This document shows positions 4,808-6,410 of a stretch of DNA of 6,410 nucleotides, piece after piece. The stretch is from NCBI GenBank assembly GCA_964468425.1, contig CAYXSZ010000029.1, positions 1 through 6,410 of the forward strand, given 5' to 3'. The notes under the pieces were generated by a model. The model saw only the letters and a list, made by a program, of their open reading frames with translations, did not search any database and was not told the origin of the DNA. Position 1 is the stretch's first letter; the number at the start of each line of letters is the position of its first letter. The translations under genes and the position numbers were made by a program. Origin of the DNA: Candidatus Woesearchaeota archaeon (GTDB lineage: Archaea; Nanobdellota; Nanobdellia; Nanobdellales; Nanobdellaceae).

Positions 4808-6410
4808 TTCTCGTATTCTTTTAGAATATAATCAACCAAGATGTCTCCATATTCTCTAACAGATTCTCCGATCAGATTGTGCAAATACTCGTTAGCTTTA
4901 ACCACAAACTCTGCTTCGAGTATTTCTGGCTTATCGTGCTTTATTGAGTAATTTACTAAGATTTCCTTTGATCTTGCTCGAATTTGAATGCTGTTCCAGA
5001 CCCTCTCCCACGAACCTGCGAGCAATCTAATTCTGGAAGCGATTGACTTGAGAATATCAGAATCTCCGTTGAGCAAATTCGAAGTTGGGGTTAAACTATC
5101 TTTATCTGCATTGTATATCATTAGATCTACAAAACCCCTCTCCTTTAATGGATCTCTCTCCCAATGCTTTCTAACTTCCGTTATTCTAAGTACTCTTCTG
5201 TATTTCTTTAAACCGTCTGGAGATTTTATTGGATTTGCGATTACGATAATGTCTGTAGCTTTAAATGATGTTCTAGGAACTCCAAGATCGTTTACAACAC
5301 GATCGTAAACTCCGTAGGGGCTTTCAGCATGAATCGTTCCCATAACAGCGTTTGCGAGAGCTCCGACACGCATCGCTTCGTAGAGAACCTTTGCTTCTCT
5401 CGATCTAACTTCTCCAAGAATTATAGCAGAATCTCCTAGGCGAAGAGATACTCTTACACCATCCTCTGCGCTAACTTCAGTAGTTTGAAGAGAAAACGGG
5501 CTTCTAACCTTCATAGGAACTATATTGTAGCCGAGTTTTCGAAAGTAGTCTGTAGGAATTTCAAGAGTATCTTCGATGGTTAGAATTCTCGAGCTCCTCG
5601 GAATTTCGAGCATTAAGGAAGTTAAAAGGGAAGTTTTTCCAGCTCCCCGTGTACCTGCGATTAGAAGAGTTCTTCCACTTTCAACTAAGAAAGAAAGCAA
5701 ACCAGCTGCCAAAGGAGATAGCATTTTATTCTTAATAAACAATGGAAGCGTCCAAGGTCGTGATCTGTGCCTTCTAAACACATAAGATAAACCCTTAGGA
5801 CTTAGTGGATTTATAATTGCTGCAACTCTTAATCTAACTTCGTTTAGATTAATCTCCGTATCCAAAACAGGGTTAGCCTCGTCAAACGGTCTTCCAGAAA
5901 TTAATCTTAGCTTTGTAGCCCAGGAATCTAGTTCTCTCTTAGTGGGAATTACATTTGTAACACACAACTCGTAATCAGCGTGAATTAGACTTATTGGTTG
6001 CGTACCGGGAGGTGGATTCACAAAAATGTCTTGAACTCTCTCATCTTTGGCTATTTTTTCAAGGATTCCGAATCCAATAGTATATCGAACAAGAATGTTC
6101 TTTAATCTTCTCATTTTTGACTTCGTGAGTGCTACTCCGTAAGTTTTTGAAAGACTCGTTAGTATGTTTTCCGAGATTTTGTTGTAAATTTCTTGTAACC
6201 TCTCGGGATCTATGTAATCCTCTCTCCTAGGTTGATATTGCATCAATACATCTCTAGCACGATTAACTAAGAGTAATTCTTGTTCATAAAGCTTATATTC
6301 GTCGGGAAAAACATAATAATGACAGAGCATTTCACCTTGCTTCTTGAAGATTGTTACTTCTGTGTCTTCGTCGATGTTGTACGTCTCCAAAATCTCTGCA
6401 CCCTCTGGGA
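4783..6410 (-). CDS. FlaI/PilB/GspE/VirB11-family secretion ATPase (archaeal type IV pilus or archaellum-type); 5' end off window
   Basis: Walker A is GTRGAGKTS (5629..5655, checked by hand). The Asp box is ILTIEDTLEI (5557..5586). The Walker B region is SAIILGEVRSREA (5392..5430). The His box is GTIHAES (5320..5340). The N-terminal domain resembles FlaI (QDIFVNPP...ELDSWATKLRLISGRPFDEANPVLDTEI...). The track's first M at 6390 is a TTG codon. The frame stays open through 6410 (...PEGAEI-LETYNI...), so the real start is probably upstream of the window. Confidence 0.9.
   Translation of the reverse strand, partial: PEGAEILETYNIDEDTEVTIFKKQGEMLCHYYVFPDEYKLYEQELLLVNRARDVLMQYQPRREDYIDPERLQEIYNKISENILTSLSKTYGVALTKSKMRRLKNILVRYTIGFGILEKIAKDERVQDIFVNPPPGTQPISLIHADYELCVTNVIPTKRELDSWATKLRLISGRPFDEANPVLDTEINLNEVRLRVAAIINPLSPKGLSYVFRRHRSRPWTLPLFIKNKMLSPLAAGLLSFLVESGRTLLIAGTRGAGKTSLLTSLMLEIPRSSRILTIEDTLEIPTDYFRKLGYNIVPMKVRSPFSLQTTEVSAEDGVRVSLRLGDSAIILGEVRSREAKVLYEAMRVGALANAVMGTIHAESPYGVYDRVVNDLGVPRTSFKATDIIVIANPIKSPDGLKKYRRVLRITEVRKHWERDPLKERGFVDLMIYNADKDSLTPTSNLLNGDSDILKSIASRIRLLAGSWERVWNSIQIRARSKEILVNYSIKHDKPEILEAEFVVKANEYLHNLIGESVREYGDILVDYILKEYEKWLSKEIR

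Noticed and set aside
4988-5308. 106-aa plus-strand ORF from the track
   Set aside because: It is antisense to the C-terminal part of the ATPase gene, which has strong motif support. The Ser/Leu-rich composition is typical of an antisense frame.
5576-5785. 69-aa plus-strand ORF from the track
   Set aside because: It is antisense to the Walker A region of the ATPase gene. Shadow ORF.
6388-6390. Track start codon of the ATPase (shown as M)
   Set aside because: The codon is TTG and the frame remains open to the window edge (6391..6408 reads P-E-G-A-E-I upstream). The FlaI-like N-terminal pattern also usually starts further into the protein. I therefore treat the gene as 5'-truncated by the window rather than starting here.
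1-6410. CRISPR arrays, tRNA/rRNA genes, IS elements or terminal inverted repeats, long tandem or inverted repeats
   Set aside because: Reading both strands, I found no periodic repeat-spacer structure, no cloverleaf-capable intergenic segment (only 48 nt are non-coding), and no transposase- or integrase-like ORF.

Overview
Archaeal-looking, extremely gene-dense window, roughly 40% GC by eye (not computed). I support seven protein-coding genes and no RNA genes, CRISPR arrays, mobile elements or long repeats. Left to right: (1) a stand-alone RAM (Lrp/AsnC ligand-binding) domain protein, minus strand, missed by the ORF track because its 3' end runs off the window; (2) an 84-aa two-TM membrane protein just upstream of it on the same strand; (3) a PUA-domain RNA-binding protein (Tma20/MCT-1-like); (4) an Nre-family PCNA-associated DNA-repair protein with a C-terminal PIP box; (5) a Dph2 (diphthamide synthesis radical-SAM) homolog that lacks its whole N-terminal domain; (6) and (7) a minus-strand operon of a FlaI/PilB/VirB11-type secretion ATPase, whose 5' end runs off the window, followed by a 664-aa FlaJ/TadC/PilC-like polytopic platform protein. 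With my preferred starts only 48 nt are non-coding, and four gene pairs overlap (18, 17, 72 and 25 nt). I see no clear novel defence or mobile system. The items most worth a second look are the domain-1-less Dph2, the head-to-head nre/dph2 junction with promoters inside coding sequence, the PIP box encoded in an antisense overlap, and the ATPase/platform type IV filament-like pair with no filament subunits visible. All family assignments rest on remembered motifs, not searches.
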